Part shown: positions 10,275 to 22,466 of the stretch, piece after piece
How the letters are laid out: the number at the start of each line of letters is the position of its first letter
Position numbering within the stretch: the stretch's first letter is position 1
Assembly (NCBI GenBank): GCA_963706025.1
Contig: CAVPLM010000005.1
Coordinates: forward strand, 1,056,001-1,120,000
Length of the DNA stretch: 64,000 nt
Direction of reading: 5' to 3'
Source: an uncultured Actinomycetes bacterium
GTDB taxonomy: Bacteria > Actinomycetota > Thermoleophilia > RBG-16-64-13
Made by a program: the position numbers and the translations under genes
Notes under the pieces: model-generated
Database searches by the model: none
The model's input: only the letters and a program-made list of their open reading frames with translations
Told to the model about the DNA's origin: nothing

Positions 10275-11968
10275 CGGTCCCCCTCGGTCATGATCATGTC
10301 GCCGACGCTCCCTCCGGCCGGGATCATGGGATAGACGTTCGCCTCGCGTTTGACCCGGATGTCGATCACCGCCGGTCCCTCGGCGGTCAGGCCGACCCGC
10401 AGGACCTCTTCCAACTCCTCCGGCTTGGTGGCCCGCAGACCAAGGGCCCCGTAGGCCTCGGCCAGCTTGACGAAGTCAGGCTGGCACTCCATGCAGGTGT
10501 GACTGTAGCGTCCGCGCCAGAACAGCTCCTGCCACTGGCGCACCATCCCCAGGTACTGGTTGTTGATGATGCACACCTTCACCGGCAGCCCATACTGGAC
10601 CGCCGTGGCCAGTTCCTGCAGCGTCATCTGGAACGAGCCGTCACCCGCGATGTCGATAACCAGAGAGTCGGGAAGGGCCGCCTGAGCCCCGATGGCCGCG
10701 GGAAAACCGAAACCCATGGTCCCCAATCCTCCCGAGCTGATGAAGCGGCGGGGATGGCGGATAAGGTAATGCTGGGCCGCCCACATCTGGTGCTGCCCCA
10801 CCTCAGTGCAAACCACAGCCTCGCCTCGACTGACCTCCCAGATCTTGTTCACCGCGGACTCGGGCATGATCTCACCGTCCTCCGGTTCTCGGATCACCAG
10901 GGGATGATCGCGCTTCCAGGCCTCCACCTGCTTCATCCAGGTAAGATGCCTGTCGGGAGAGAGATCCAGTTTCTTGAGCTCTACCAGCAGCGCTGCCAGC
11001 ACCCGCTTTGCGTCTCCGACGATGGGGACCTCCACGCTCACGTTCTTCGAGATCTCCGCCGGATCCACGTCGATGTGCACGAAACGGGCCTCCGGAGCGA
11101 ACGCCTCCAACTTGCCCGTAACCCGGTCGTCGAAGCGAACCCCCACAGCCAAGATTAGGTCGGACCGACTGAGGGAGTAGTTGGCATACGGCGTACCGTG
11201 CATGCCCAGCATGCCCATCGCCAGATCTTCGTCTTCGGGGAAGCAGCCTTTGCCGGTGAGGGTGGTGGCAACCGGGATGTGCCCATAGAAGGCGAGCTCG
11301 CGCAGTTCTTCCGAAGCCTCGGCTGAGATCACTCCGCCGCCCGCGTAGATGAGAGGACGCTCGGCCGCCGCGATGACCCGCGCAGCTTCCCGGATCTGCT
11401 TAGGGTGCCCTTTGACCGTGGGCCTGTAACCGGGAAGCTGCATCGCGGGCAGCGCCGCGGGATCGAAGTCCATCTCCTCCCTGGTCACGTCGACCGGGAT
11501 GTCGATGAGCACCGGCCCAGGCCGGCCGGTGCTCGCTATGTAGAAGGCTTCCCGGATGATGCGCGGGAGATCCCCGGCGTCCTTGACCAAGTAGCTGTGC
11601 TTGACGATGGGAAGGGTGATGCCGGTGACGTCGGCCTCCTGGAACGAGTCCAGACCGATAAGCGGCCGGCTCACCTGCCCGGTGATGGCCACGATGGGCA
11701 CGCTGTCCATATAGGCGTTGGCGATGGCAGTAACGAGGTTCGTCGCGCCCGGACCGGAGGTGGCCAAGCACACCCCCACCTTGCCCGACGCTCGGGCATA
11801 GCCGTCGGCGGCATGGCCGGCTCCCTGCTCGTGACGGACCAGTATATGGTTGAGATCGAAGTCGTAGAGGGCGTCATAGATGGGTAGCAGCACGCCACCC
11901 GGGAAACCGAATATGGTGTCGACCCCTTCGCGCTTGAGCGCTTCGAGGATCACTCTGGATGCTTTCAT
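10271..11968 (-). CDS. ilvB: Acetolactate synthase large subunit
   Basis: RHEQGAGHAADGYAR, TSGPGATN and TPP motif GDGSFQM...NNQYLGMVRQWQ. Confidence 0.98.
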   Translation of the reverse strand: MKASRVILEALKREGVDTIFGFPGGVLLPIYDALYDFDLNHILVRHEQGAGHAADGYARASGKVGVCLATSGPGATNLVTAIANAYMDSVPIVAITGQVSRPLIGLDSFQEADVTGITLPIVKHSYLVKDAGDLPRIIREAFYIASTGRPGPVLIDIPVDVTREEMDFDPAALPAMQLPGYRPTVKGHPKQIREAARVIAAAERPLIYAGGGVISAEASEELRELAFYGHIPVATTLTGKGCFPEDEDLAMGMLGMHGTPYANYSLSRSDLILAVGVRFDDRVTGKLEAFAPEARFVHIDVDPAEISKNVSVEVPIVGDAKRVLAALLVELKKLDLSPDRHLTWMKQVEAWKRDHPLVIREPEDGEIMPESAVNKIWEVSRGEAVVCTEVGQHQMWAAQHYLIRHPRRFISSGGLGTMGFGFPAAIGAQAALPDSLVIDIAGDGSFQMTLQELATAVQYGLPVKVCIINNQYLGMVRQWQELFWRGRYSHTCMECQPDFVKLAEAYGALGLRATKPEELEEVLRVGLTAEGPAVIDIRVKREANVYPMIPAGGSVGDMIMTEGDR

Positions 11969-12064
11969 GGCACGCTCCGCTGTCGCAATATCCCGCGTCT
12001 ACTCAGACTACCGGCCGCAAGAGACCGGGCGAAGCCGGAGCCGCGAAGTCCGCGGCGGACAAGT

Positions 12065-13744
12065 TCAGGAGCCGACGCTCCCGCCGCTCAGCACCGCCCC
12101 GGTCTCGGCCCCGGAGACAAAGGCTACGTAGCGGCGCAGCACGCCCGAATACTCTCGAGCCGGACGCTGCCACGCCGTTCTCCTTCGCGTCATCTCTTCT
12201 CCGGTGACTTCCAGGGTCAGCGTCCGGCCCGGGATGTCGATGCTGATCAGGTCGCCGTCCTTGACCAAAGCGATGGGTCCGCCCTCCAAGGCTTCAGGCG
12301 CCACATGGCCGATGCTGGCTCCTCGGCTGGCCCCGCTGAAACGCCCGTCGGTGATGAGGGCCACGCTGTCGCCCAGTCCCGCCCCGGCCAAAGCGGAGGT
12401 GGGAGTGAGCATCTCCGGCATGCCCGGACCGCCCTTGGGTCCGACATAGCGGATCACCACTACGGAGCCCGGCTCGATGGTGCCCGCCTCTATGGCCTGC
12501 ATGAGAGTGGGCTCGTCGTCGAAAACACAAGCCGGTCCTCGATGCACCAGCATCTGCGGCAGGACGGCGGATTCCTTGACGACGGCCCCCCGTGGAGCCA
12601 GATTCCCGAAGAGCATGGCCAGCCCGCCGGTCGAACGGTGCGGCCGGTCTAGCGGCCGGATCACCTCGTCATCCCGCACGACCGCGGCTTCATACTGGGT
12701 GGCCAGATCGACACCCGAGACCGTGGGGACCGTCCCGTCGACCACACCCTTACCGGCCAGCCGGTTGAGCACAGCCATCACGCCCCCGGCCCGATGGAGG
12801 TCTTCCATGTGGTCGGTACCCGAAGGCGACAGCTTGACCAGGTTGGGCGTGGCAGCGGCCACTTCGTTGAAGGTCTCAGGCTTGAGTTCGACTTCAGCTT
12901 CATTGGCTATGGCCATCAGGTGCAGGACGGTGTTCGTCGAGCAACCGAGAGCCGCATCCACCGCCAGCGCGTTACGCAGGCTGGCGGGAGTGAGGAACCG
13001 CCGGGCGCCCCATCCCTCCCGGGCCACCTCCACCGCCGCGGCTCCGCTCTGTCGTGCCAGGATGAGCCGGGCCGAGAACGGGGCCGGGATGGTAGCGTCG
13101 CCGGGCAGGGCCAGTCCCAGGGTCTCGGTGACGCAACTCATCGAGTTGGCGGTGAACAGCCCGGCGCACGACCCGCAGGTCGGGCACGCGCAGTCCTCCA
13201 ACTCTGCCAGTTCCTCCGCTGTCATGTCGCCGCGGAAATGCCGGCCCACACCCTCGAACACTTGGCTGAGACTGACCTTGGCGCCGTGGTAGTCCCCGGC
13301 CAGCATCGGGCCCCCCGAGACCACGACCACGGGGATGTCCAGGCGGGCCGCGGCCATGACCATGCCGGGCACCACCTTGTCACAATTGGGCATCAGCACC
13401 AGACCGTCCAGAGCATGCGCCCTGGCCATGATCTCCACCGAGTCGGCGATGACTTCACGCGAGACCAGGGAGTAGTTCATGCCCTCGTGGTTCATGGCGA
13501 TGCCGTCGCAGACGCCGATTACGTTGAACTCCAGGGGCACCCCGCCGGCCTGCCACACGCCGAACTTCACCTGCTGGGCCAGCGTGTTCAGATGCATGTG
13601 GCCCGGTATCAGTTCGTTGTAGGAGTTGGCGATGCCGATCAGGGGCCGGCCGACATCGTCCCGGCCCACCCCCAGGGCGCGCAGGAGGGAACGGTGCGGT
13701 GCCCGGGCGGGACCGGAAAAGACACTTTGACTGCCGCTATTCAA
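12065..13744 (-). CDS. ilvD: Dihydroxy-acid dehydratase
   Basis: C-terminal 559 aa of ORF 12065-15529, with [35 protein letters not shown] and TDGRFSG. TTG start at 13744 after GAGGAG. Confidence 0.96.
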   Translation of the reverse strand: MNSGSQSVFSGPARAPHRSLLRALGVGRDDVGRPLIGIANSYNELIPGHMHLNTLAQQVKFGVWQAGGVPLEFNVIGVCDGIAMNHEGMNYSLVSREVIADSVEIMARAHALDGLVLMPNCDKVVPGMVMAAARLDIPVVVVSGGPMLAGDYHGAKVSLSQVFEGVGRHFRGDMTAEELAELEDCACPTCGSCAGLFTANSMSCVTETLGLALPGDATIPAPFSARLILARQSGAAAVEVAREGWGARRFLTPASLRNALAVDAALGCSTNTVLHLMAIANEAEVELKPETFNEVAAATPNLVKLSPSGTDHMEDLHRAGGVMAVLNRLAGKGVVDGTVPTVSGVDLATQYEAAVVRDDEVIRPLDRPHRSTGGLAMLFGNLAPRGAVVKESAVLPQMLVHRGPACVFDDEPTLMQAIEAGTIEPGSVVVIRYVGPKGGPGMPEMLTPTSALAGAGLGDSVALITDGRFSGASRGASIGHVAPEALEGGPIALVKDGDLISIDIPGRTLTLEVTGEEMTRRRTAWQRPAREYSGVLRRYVAFVSGAETGAVLSGGSVGS

Positions 13745-13984
13745 GACAGGCTCCTCGTGACAGGGGCGATGGATCACTTCAGTGCGATGAACGTTTAGTT
13801 TACTAGACATGGACATCGAATCAAGGCAGAGAGTGGCTGAGACGACGAGTGGAGGCCGCCCGAGCCAGATCGAAGGGCCCTCCATGCGTCTGGTCACCTG
13901 TCGCCGGCTCGTGGTACGCTCGCTAAACAGCGGAAGGACCCTTTCGCGGCGTCGCCTAGCGGACGGACATGAGGTGGAGGAACT

Positions 13985-15298
13985 ATGACCAACGCCGAGC
14001 TCAGCACTCTGAGAGCCGAAGTAGTGCCCCGGGGCGTGCCCAGCACCGCCCCCGTCTTCGTCGCCAAGGCCCGCAACGCCATGATCACCGATGTGGAGGG
14101 ACGGGAGTACATCGATTTCGCCGCCGGCATCGGGGTCATGAGCGTGGGCCACTGTCACCCCAAGGTAGTGGAGGCCGTCCAGGACCAAGCGGGGCTGTAC
14201 TCGCACATGTGCTTCGGCCTGTTCGGCTACGAATCCTATCTGCGTCTCGCCGAGAGGCTGAACCGGTTGGTCCCGGGCGACTTCCCCAAGCGGACCTTCT
14301 TCATGAACTCCGGGGCCGAAGCGGTGGAGAACGCCATCAAGATCGCCCGTTATGCCACCGGACGCAAAGCCATCATCGCCTTCGAAGACGCGTTCCACGG
14401 CCGCACCTATATGACCCTCAGCCTCACCTCTCAAGTTAGTCCCTACAAGGTGGGGTTCGGGCCATATGCCTCTGAGGTCTACCGCATCCCCTATGCTCAT
14501 TGCTACCGCTGCCCGCTGGCGCTCACCTACCCGGCATGTAGGTGCGAATGCGCGGGGTTGCTGGAGCAGGCTTTCGTTAAGCACGTGAACGCGGACGAGG
14601 TAGCCGCAGTGATAGCCGAGCCGGTCCTGGGCGAGGGTGGTTTCATCGTCCCGCCGCCCGAATACATGGGCAAGATCAAGACGATCTGCGAGCAGCACGG
14701 CATCCTGCTCATCGCCGACGAGATCCAGACCGGCATGGGCCGAACCGGTGCCTGGTTCGCCATGGAGCACTGGGGAGTGGCCGCCGACATCGTGACTACC
14801 GCCAAAGCCCTCGGAGCCGGCTTCCCCATCTCCGGCATCACCGGACGGCAGGAAGTGATGGATTCCGTGCATCCCAGCGGCGTCGGCACCACCTTCGGGG
14901 GCAACCCCACTGGCTGCCGGGCCGGCCTGGCTGTGTTCGATATCATCGAGAGCGAGGGGCTGCTGCAAAGAGCGACTGTGGTGGGCGAGCGGATCCGCGA
15001 CCGGTTCCGGGCCCTGCAGGCGCGGTACCCGGTCATCGGTGACGTGCGCGGCATCGGGGCCATGGCCGCCATGGAATTGGTCGAAGATCCGGAGACCAAG
15101 AAACCGGCGGGCGATTTCGCCAAGGCTTACCGTCTCAAGCTGTACCAGAACGGGGTCGTGAACGTGGGCGCGGGGACCTACCACAACGTCGTACGTATCC
15201 TGGTGCCGCTGACAATAGAGGATGAGACTCTGGCCCGGGGTCTTGACATCATGGAGGAGACGCTGGCCCAGGTCAGTGAGGCCAACGCCGCTGTCTGA
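13985..15298 (+). CDS. gabT: 4-aminobutyrate aminotransferase-like class III PLP aminotransferase
   Basis: [42 protein letters not shown] and TAK (PLP Lys). Confidence 0.88.
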   Translation: MTNAELSTLRAEVVPRGVPSTAPVFVAKARNAMITDVEGREYIDFAAGIGVMSVGHCHPKVVEAVQDQAGLYSHMCFGLFGYESYLRLAERLNRLVPGDFPKRTFFMNSGAEAVENAIKIARYATGRKAIIAFEDAFHGRTYMTLSLTSQVSPYKVGFGPYASEVYRIPYAHCYRCPLALTYPACRCECAGLLEQAFVKHVNADEVAAVIAEPVLGEGGFIVPPPEYMGKIKTICEQHGILLIADEIQTGMGRTGAWFAMEHWGVAADIVTTAKALGAGFPISGITGRQEVMDSVHPSGVGTTFGGNPTGCRAGLAVFDIIESEGLLQRATVVGERIRDRFRALQARYPVIGDVRGIGAMAAMELVEDPETKKPAGDFAKAYRLKLYQNGVVNVGAGTYHNVVRILVPLTIEDETLARGLDIMEETLAQVSEANAAV

Positions 15299-15350
15299 GG
15301 ATCCCGGCAAAGAGAACCAATCGCCGGCGAAACCTGGAGAGGAGACCGAA

Positions 15351-17099
15351 GTGGTCGATACAAAGAAGATCCTCTTCGTCGATCTGACCTCAGGTAGGTC
15401 GCGCATCGACGATATCGACGTCCGGGGGCTTCTCGGACTGGGAGGTAAGGTCCTCGGCGTGCGCCTGTTGGAGAAGTATCTCGATCCGGCGGTCGACCCG
15501 CTGGCTCCAGAGAACGTGGTGGCCATCACCCCCAGTGCCTTGGCCGCCTATGCGATGTCGGGCTCCAATCGGTTCGGCGCCTTCACCCGAAGCCCCCTCA
15601 CCGGTATCTGGTTGGAATCGTACTGCGGAGGCACGTTCGGCCGCGCTCTCTGCGAGACGGGATGGGGGGCCTTGGTCATCACGGGAGCTGCCAAAGCTCC
15701 CGTGCACCTGCATGTCAACGCCGAAGGGGCGACTCTGCTACCCGCCGACGACCTGTGGGGAACGGACTGCTTCGCCGTGGAGGCTGAGTTGATCTCCCGC
15801 CTGGAAAGACGATCGTCCGTTCTTTGCATCGGCATCGCAGGCGAGAATCAGGTCAAGCTCGCCTCGGTGATGCACGAGCAGGCCCACACACTGGGCCGCG
15901 GAGGCATGGGCGCGGTATTCGGCAGCAAGATGCTCAAGGCCCTCAGCGTCACCTCTCCCGGCCCTGTCAAGAGCGAGGTCCAGGAGCAGTTCGCAGAGAC
16001 ACGGAGAGAGGTGTCAAAACTGGCCTCGGACTCACCGACGACAGCGGTCTACCGGCGCTTCGGTACCCCGGTCATGGTCGCTCTGGTCAACGAAGCCGGA
16101 GCCTTTCCCACCGACTTCTTCACCAAGGGCGTCGCTCCTCATCGGACGACTCTTGAGGCCGAGGGGTGGCCAAAGTGGGCCAAGATCGACAACGACAGCT
16201 GCCCTCCTTGTCCCCTGCGCTGCCGCAAGCGCCTCACCTTCATCGACGGCCCCGAGGCCGGGCGCGAGCTCCACGGCCCCGAATACGAGACCTTGTACTC
16301 GTTCGGAGGCTCCTGCATGGTGGAGCACGCGCGCGACGTGGCCAAGCTCAACGAACGCTGCAACCTGCTGGGCTTGGACACCATGAGCAGCGGCAATCTG
16401 GTCGGGGCAGCCATCAAGGCCGGGCAGTTGGGTCTGCTCGATGATGCCCCGGCTTCGGGCGATGTCGAGGGGATCTCCCGGCTTCTCGGTGAGATCGCCT
16501 CCCGGTCCACCTCCACCGGAGACACTCTTGCCCAAGGGTTGGACGAAGCTCTAGCCCGCTTCGGCATGAGCGAGTGGTCCATCACTTCCAAGCACCTCGA
16601 TCCCGCCGGGTACGAGCCGCGGAAGTTGAAGAGCATGGCTTTGAGCTACGCGCTGAACGTACGGGGAGCCTGCCACCTTCGGGCGACCTTCTACAAAGCA
16701 GAGCTGGGCGGTCTGTTGAAGGAACTGGATGACGACGCTTACGTCCGGACCTACATCGACTGGGAAGACCGCATGCTTATCTCGGACAGCCTCACCATGT
16801 GCCGCTTCTACCGGGATTTCATGGTCTGGGACTACCTGGTCTCCTCCGCCTCCCAGCTGAACGGCGGACCGCTCGCCAAGGAGGATCTGGAAGGGCTTTC
16901 CACAGAGACCATCACCCGCATTCGCCGTCTCAATATGGCGTTTGGATCTACACCGGCGGACGATACGGTGGCCGAGCGCTTCTTCACCGATCCGACCGAC
17001 ACGGCTCCCGCTCTCGACAGGCAGGAGATGGAGAGACGAGTCCGGATCTACTGGGCGAAACGGGGTTGGACCGAGGACGGTCTGGTGCCGGCCGGCTAG
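15351..17099 (+). CDS. Tungsten aldehyde:ferredoxin oxidoreductase family protein
   Basis: [23 protein letters not shown], CxxCxxxC (CPPCPLRC), GPEYET, GLDTMS and RGACH. GTG 15351 follows GGAG. Confidence 0.92.
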   Translation: MVDTKKILFVDLTSGRSRIDDIDVRGLLGLGGKVLGVRLLEKYLDPAVDPLAPENVVAITPSALAAYAMSGSNRFGAFTRSPLTGIWLESYCGGTFGRALCETGWGALVITGAAKAPVHLHVNAEGATLLPADDLWGTDCFAVEAELISRLERRSSVLCIGIAGENQVKLASVMHEQAHTLGRGGMGAVFGSKMLKALSVTSPGPVKSEVQEQFAETRREVSKLASDSPTTAVYRRFGTPVMVALVNEAGAFPTDFFTKGVAPHRTTLEAEGWPKWAKIDNDSCPPCPLRCRKRLTFIDGPEAGRELHGPEYETLYSFGGSCMVEHARDVAKLNERCNLLGLDTMSSGNLVGAAIKAGQLGLLDDAPASGDVEGISRLLGEIASRSTSTGDTLAQGLDEALARFGMSEWSITSKHLDPAGYEPRKLKSMALSYALNVRGACHLRATFYKAELGGLLKELDDDAYVRTYIDWEDRMLISDSLTMCRFYRDFMVWDYLVSSASQLNGGPLAKEDLEGLSTETITRIRRLNMAFGSTPADDTVAERFFTDPTDTAPALDRQEMERRVRIYWAKRGWTEDGLVPAG

Positions 17100-17196
17100 G
17101 ACGCTTCGCCCATCCACCGGGAGTCCAGGCCTCGGAGGCCGGGGTCGCCACCGGCCGCGCGGAGACGGCCTGCATGCGTCTCCGGCGCCCAGGTCG

Positions 17197-18213
17197 TCAC
17201 TCGATGAGCCGGCTCACCTCTTCGGCCACAGCTTCCCCCATGTCCCTGGTCCCCGAATCGCCGCCCAGGTCGCGGGTCACGCGCGTGCCCGCGCCGATGA
17301 CCGTGCGCACGCCCTCGAAGAGCGCGTGCGCGGCCTTCGCTTCACCCAGATGCTTCAGCATCAGCACGGCCGACAGGATGAGGGCAGTGGGATCAGCTGT
17401 GTCCAGCCCCGCGTACTTGGGAGCAGAGCCGTGCACCGGCTCGAAGACCGCGATCTCTGCGCCGATGTTGGCCCCCGGAGCCACACCGAGGCCGCCGACC
17501 AGACCGGCGCAGAGGTCGCTCAGGATATCGCCGTAGAGATTGGGGCACAGGAGCACGTCGTACAGTTCGGGCTTCTGGACCAACTGCATGCACATGTTGT
17601 CGACGATCCGGTCTTCGAACTCAATGTCGGGGTAGCCGTCGGCGATCTGCCGCGAGACCTCCAAGAAGAGCCCATCCGACAGCTTCATGATGTTGGCTTT
17701 GTGGACCGCGGTCACTTTGCGCCGGTCTTCTCGCCGCGCGTACTCGAAGGCGAATCTGGCGATACGCTCGGTCCCCTGCCGGGTGATGATCTTGATCGAC
17801 TCGGCCGCGTCGCGGCCGACCATGTGCTCTACCCCAGCATACAGGTCCTCGGTGTTCTCGCGCACGACCACGAGGTCGACGCCCTCAAACCGCGATTGCA
17901 CCCCTGGTATGGTCACGGCCGGGCGAAGATTCGCGTAGAGGTCGAGTTCCTTGCGCAGCGCCACGTTGACGCTGCGAAACCCGGAACCCACGGGGGTGGT
18001 GATCGGGCCCTTGAGGGCCGTTTTCGTATCCCGGATGGTGTCGATCACCGACTGCGGTAGCGGAGTGCCGCACTTGTCCATGACCTCGGCACCTGCCTCG
18101 ACGTCGACCCACTCGACGTGGACACCCGTGGCAGCTACGGCCACTTTGGTCGCCGCCATGATCTCGGGGCCGATTCCGTCCCCGGAAATGCACGTGACTC
18201 GGTGCTCTGTCAT
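17197..18213 (-). CDS. Isocitrate/isopropylmalate dehydrogenase family protein (NAD-IDH-like)
   Basis: [39 protein letters not shown] and FEPVHGSAP. Confidence 0.92.
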   Translation of the reverse strand: MTEHRVTCISGDGIGPEIMAATKVAVAATGVHVEWVDVEAGAEVMDKCGTPLPQSVIDTIRDTKTALKGPITTPVGSGFRSVNVALRKELDLYANLRPAVTIPGVQSRFEGVDLVVVRENTEDLYAGVEHMVGRDAAESIKIITRQGTERIARFAFEYARREDRRKVTAVHKANIMKLSDGLFLEVSRQIADGYPDIEFEDRIVDNMCMQLVQKPELYDVLLCPNLYGDILSDLCAGLVGGLGVAPGANIGAEIAVFEPVHGSAPKYAGLDTADPTALILSAVLMLKHLGEAKAAHALFEGVRTVIGAGTRVTRDLGGDSGTRDMGEAVAEEVSRLIE

Positions 18214-18692
18214 TCTTTTCCTCCTCGATTCTCCCCATTATCCGCGACTGCGGAGTGCCTGCCTGTCGAGGAAGCCTCGTGCCTGCCCAAATACGCTCCG
18301 GGCGGAGCCTTGGGCAGAGACTCAGACTCCAGGTCGTTCTGTGCGGCCGGCAAAGATCCAAGGGGGTGAGCTTCCTGCTCCCTGAACACGGACACCTGCT
18401 CGAGACGCCCGGCGTTCTCTGAGAGCATGTGCACGATCGCGTATCTGAGCCCGCTGGCGCGAAACCGAGCGTCGACCAGCACGTCGAAGACCACCCTGTT
18501 CATCGGGCCCAAGCGACACGAGCGTCCAAAACCGATGAGGTCACCATCGAGCTTGCAGACGACCCACTCTGCGGAAGCGGCAAGCACCCACTCCAACTTG
18601 GCTTCGGCGTCGACCTCGCGCCAGCCACAGCGGGCGAAGAACTCGCCCAGGGCGACGATGTCGACGGAACTGTTGCGTTCGAACTCAAGCAT
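18210..18692 (-). CDS. GNAT-like hypothetical protein (degenerate C-terminus)
   Basis: LIGFGR and [13 protein letters not shown] resemble GNAT motif A. ATGA overlap with the dehydrogenase gene. Confidence 0.55.
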   Translation of the reverse strand: MLEFERNSSVDIVALGEFFARCGWREVDAEAKLEWVLAASAEWVVCKLDGDLIGFGRSCRLGPMNRVVFDVLVDARFRASGLRYAIVHMLSENAGRLEQVSVFREQEAHPLGSLPAAQNDLESESLPKAPPGAYLGRHEASSTGRHSAVADNGENRGGKE

Positions 18693-18860
18693 GGCCCGGG
18701 CATGCTAGCAGAAGGTGTGGGGGCGCGACCAGCGGGAAGAGCTTTGGAACTCGTTTCAGAATGAAGTCTCGGCCGCCTATCCGCGCTGGGCGGAGCGATC
18801 CATCGTCATCAGTCGCGCCGATCGCGCCCTGTCGGCAAAGCGTCATTCTGAAACGAGCTC

Positions 18861-20175
18861 TTACAGACCGATGTCCGCCGGATCGAGGGGAGCGATGCTC
18901 TCGTCCGGTCGGTAGAGGAGCTCGCGCAGGTCCTCCCACACCTGGGCCATGCGCTCCTCCTCGCGACGGGTCAAAGGAGTGTCGGTCTGAGCGGCGAGAC
19001 CGGGCAGCACCGGCAGGACCCGGTAGCGCAAGGGCCACTCTGCCGCGGAGCGTTGCACGTACACCGGCAGGTAGCTCACTCCGGTGACGACCGCACGCAG
19101 ACCCCTCTTTTCGATATGCACGTAGGCCACGAGGCCGCTGTCGGAATAGCGCCATCTCTGATTCGAAACGAAATTGCCCACAGAATAGGCGGCGTACTTG
19201 CCGATCACCCTCCAGCTGGAGTATTGCACCACGTGCGCGATGGGCTGAACGACATGGGGGCCCGCCCCGATGATGACATCCACTCCCCGGGAGAGGATCT
19301 CTTGCGAGACCTCCACCTGCGTCTCGCTCGGCTTCCGCTCGTACTCGTCACCGTAGTGGAGCAGGGCGATCACCACGTCCGCGCCCCAGCTGACGAGCCG
19401 TCATGGCGTCCTCGGCCACCACGTCGGGGTCGAGGATGTTGACGGCGTACCCCTCGTGCTCCTCGGGCGGGGTCAAGCCGTTGAGGCTGGCGGTGTAGTT
19501 GAGAAAGGCCACCTTGATCCCCCGGATGTCGACAACGACCGGGGTGTTTCTCTCCTCGCTCGACCGGTTCGTGCCCACATGGGCCAGGCCGGCCCTGTCG
19601 AGCCTGTCCAGGGTGCCCACGATCCCCTCCCAGCCCATGTCGAGGGAATGGTTGTTCGCGGTGGCCGCCAGATCGACCCCGGCAGACTTCAGGGCGCCTG
19701 CAAGCTCGGTGGGGGAATTCATCAAGGGATAGCCGCTGTAGCCCTTCTCCGGGCCGGCGAGCCGGGTCTCCAAGTTGGCGACCGTGTAGTCCGCGCCGGC
19801 CAGATAAGGAGCGATAGGCGCAAGGACCGACTCGAAGTCGTGGGATCCTGTCTCGGGGTCGCGCACCGCCTCCAGGATGGCCTCATGAGGCAAGACGTCT
19901 CCCACCGCCGCCACTGTGATACTGATCGGCAGAGTCGTGCTGGTGGTGGTCGTGGTCACCGGCTCTGGCTCCGAGGGTGGTTCTGTGGTGGAGGTCGTTT
20001 CCGAGGCCGACGCCGTGGTCGGTACGACCACCGTCGGAGGCACGGTCGCGGTCACCTGGGCGAGTTCAAAGGAGGTCGGTCGCGCATCTTCAGCCGGCCA
20101 GAAGATCAGGGGCGTACAGAGCGCGATCACCGCAAGGGCGGCTCCCACGGCTTTCAGCGCATCTCTCACAGGCAC
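18861..20175 (-). CDS. CapA/PGA_cap family metallophosphoesterase-like membrane-anchored protein; +1 frameshift near 19385
   Basis: N-terminal TM and Thr/Pro linker, then AVGD, ANLET and ANNHSLD (ORF 19348-20175), and LHYGDEY, GPHVVQP and YSVGNF (ORF 18861-19376). An extra G in the GGGG run breaks GADVV. Confidence 0.87.
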
Positions 20176-20363
20176 GACCTCATCTGAGCATCAGCCGCCG
20201 ACTCCAGGCGGTCGCGGGGGCACGTCGCCCCTCTCTCGTCGCGACCCATTGTATCGTCCACGCGATGCGCACGTAGTATTATCGCTTGACGTCTTTCGCC
20301 TATTGACGTGTAAAGACGCCCTTAGGTTGCCTGGAGATCATTCCGAGAGGACGGGGTAGGTTA

Positions 20364-22466
20364 ATGCTTGAGTCTCTTCTTTATCCCAGCACTGTGGCCG
20401 TCATGGGGGCGTCTCGCACCCCAGGCAAGGTGGGCTATGAGATAGCGACCAACCTCATCGACAGCGAGTTCGGCGGCGACATAGTCCCGGTGAACCCTTC
20501 GGGAGGCGAGTTGCTCGGTCATAAGATCTATACGAGCCTCGGAGAGTACGGGAAGCCCATCCAGATGAGCGTCATAGCCGTACCGACGGCGGCGGTCAAA
20601 GAGGCTGTGATCAGCTCGCTCCACGCAGGGGCCAAGGCGATCGTGATCGTGACCGCCGGTTTCAGGGAAGTGGGGGAAGAAGGCGCCCGTCTGGAGCAGG
20701 AGATAGCAGACCTGTGCCGTGCTTCGGGCGCCCGCCTGATGGGCCCCAACTGCCTGGGTCTTATGAACACCCACCACAACATGAACGCGTCCTTCGGGAG
20801 GTTCATGCCCAATCGCGGCGGCATCTCGGTCCTCTCCCAGTCGGGCGCACTTTGCACGGCTATCTTGGATTGGGCAGCCTCCCGCAAGATGGGTCTCGCC
20901 ATCCTGCTCAGCATCGGGAACAAGGCCGACCTCAGCGAGATCGACTTCTTGGCCGCCCTAGCCGACGACGAAGAGACCAAGGTCATCATGGGGTATCTGG
21001 AGAGCATCGGCTCGGGTGAGGATTTCATTCGTGTGGCCGAGTCGGTGGCGGCGATCAAACCGGTGGTGATCCTCAAAGCGGGAACGACTGCGGCCGGCTC
21101 CAAGGCCGCTTCGTCACATACCGGCGCGCTGGCTGGAGCCGACATCGCCTACGGGGCGGCCTTCAAGCGGGCAGGCGTCATCCGGGCCGACACTTTCGAG
21201 TCTCTGCTCGATTTCGCCATGGCTCTAGCCATGCAGCCCCTCCCCAAAGGGGACCGGACGGCTATCATCACCAACGCAGGCGGTCCCGGGGCTATGGCCG
21301 CCGACGCCGTGGAACTGGCCGGCATGCGCGTCGCTTCGCTGCACCCCACCACCGCCGACGGCCTCCGGGGCAAACTCCCGGCCGCGGCGAGTGTCGGCAA
21401 TCCTATCGACGTCCTCGGAGACGCCGATCCCGAGCGCTACGCAGATGCGCTCGAAGCGGCCCAATCGGACCCTGAGGTAGATGCCATCATCGTCATTCTC
21501 ACGCCGCAGGCGATGACCAAACCCCTAGAGACCGCCCGGGCTATCACGACGCGGATCAGCGGCGAGAAACCGGTGCTCGCCTCCTTCATGGGCGGCGCGG
21601 ATGTCATGCCCGGTCGCGAGGAACTGGTGGCCGCGAACCTACCCGACTATCCGTCTCCGGAGAGGGCGGTGGCGGCCCTCAAAGCCATGGTGGACTATGC
21701 GGCCTGGCGCCTGCGCCCGCCGCGCGTGGTCGCCCGCTTCCCGGTCAACCGGCGCCGCGTGGACCGGATCCTCTCCCGACAGCTCCGCAGCGGAAGGCTG
21801 TACGTGGGTGAGGCCAAGGCCAAGGACATACTCAGAGCCTACGACTTCATCGTGCCCGACGGCCGCCTGGTGAGCACCGTGGAGGAAGCAGCGGAGGCGG
21901 CGCCCCGCATCGGCTACCCACTGGCCATGAAGATCGTCTCCCCCGACATCATCCACAAATCCGACATCGGGGGAGTGAAACTCAACCTCAACAGTGCGCA
22001 AGAGGTGGCCGACGCGTTCGAACTGATGATGCTCCGCATCGGTCGGAGGGCTCCCGAGGCCTTCCTGGAAGGAGTCTATCTCGAGCATATGGTGCCCAAG
22101 GGCCGCGAGGTCATCCTGGGGATGACCCGGGACCCGCAGTTCGGTCCCATGCTCATGTTCGGACTGGGCGGGATCTTCGTGGAAGTCATGAAGGACGTGA
22201 CCTTCCACCTGGCGCCGATCACCCACGACGAAGCCATGAACATGTTGATGGGGACCAGGTCGTACAAGCTGCTGGAAGGCGTGCGCGGTGAGGCGGGGGT
22301 CAACCTCTCGGCAATCGGCGAGGCGCTGCAGCGCATCAGCCAGTTGGTCACCGACTTCCCACAGATCGCCGAGCTCGACATCAATCCGTTCATCGTAGGA
22401 AGACTCGGAGAGGACTCAGTGGCGGCAGATGCACGAATCCAGCTGGTCGCGGGAGGTGGGCAGTGA
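20364..22466 (+). CDS. ADP-forming acetate/acyl-CoA ligase (fused alpha-beta)
   Basis: CoA-binding VMGASRTPGKVG, GPNCLG, SQSGA, phospho-His SHTGAL, NPIDVLGDA, and ATP-grasp HKSDIGGV and ELDINP. Confidence 0.92.
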   Translation: MLESLLYPSTVAVMGASRTPGKVGYEIATNLIDSEFGGDIVPVNPSGGELLGHKIYTSLGEYGKPIQMSVIAVPTAAVKEAVISSLHAGAKAIVIVTAGFREVGEEGARLEQEIADLCRASGARLMGPNCLGLMNTHHNMNASFGRFMPNRGGISVLSQSGALCTAILDWAASRKMGLAILLSIGNKADLSEIDFLAALADDEETKVIMGYLESIGSGEDFIRVAESVAAIKPVVILKAGTTAAGSKAASSHTGALAGADIAYGAAFKRAGVIRADTFESLLDFAMALAMQPLPKGDRTAIITNAGGPGAMAADAVELAGMRVASLHPTTADGLRGKLPAAASVGNPIDVLGDADPERYADALEAAQSDPEVDAIIVILTPQAMTKPLETARAITTRISGEKPVLASFMGGADVMPGREELVAANLPDYPSPERAVAALKAMVDYAAWRLRPPRVVARFPVNRRRVDRILSRQLRSGRLYVGEAKAKDILRAYDFIVPDGRLVSTVEEAAEAAPRIGYPLAMKIVSPDIIHKSDIGGVKLNLNSAQEVADAFELMMLRIGRRAPEAFLEGVYLEHMVPKGREVILGMTRDPQFGPMLMFGLGGIFVEVMKDVTFHLAPITHDEAMNMLMGTRSYKLLEGVRGEAGVNLSAIGEALQRISQLVTDFPQIAELDINPFIVGRLGEDSVAADARIQLVAGGGQ

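Noticed and set aside
13895-13910. CACCTGTCGC match to the 15-bp repeat at 47972, upstream of gabT
   Set aside because: A single 10-bp match in GC-rich DNA is compatible with chance.
12065-15529. 1154-aa ORF suggesting a giant IlvD fusion
   Set aside because: The N-terminal 595 aa are mostly the antisense shadow of gabT plus intergenic DNA. IlvD has its own RBS and TTG start at 13744.
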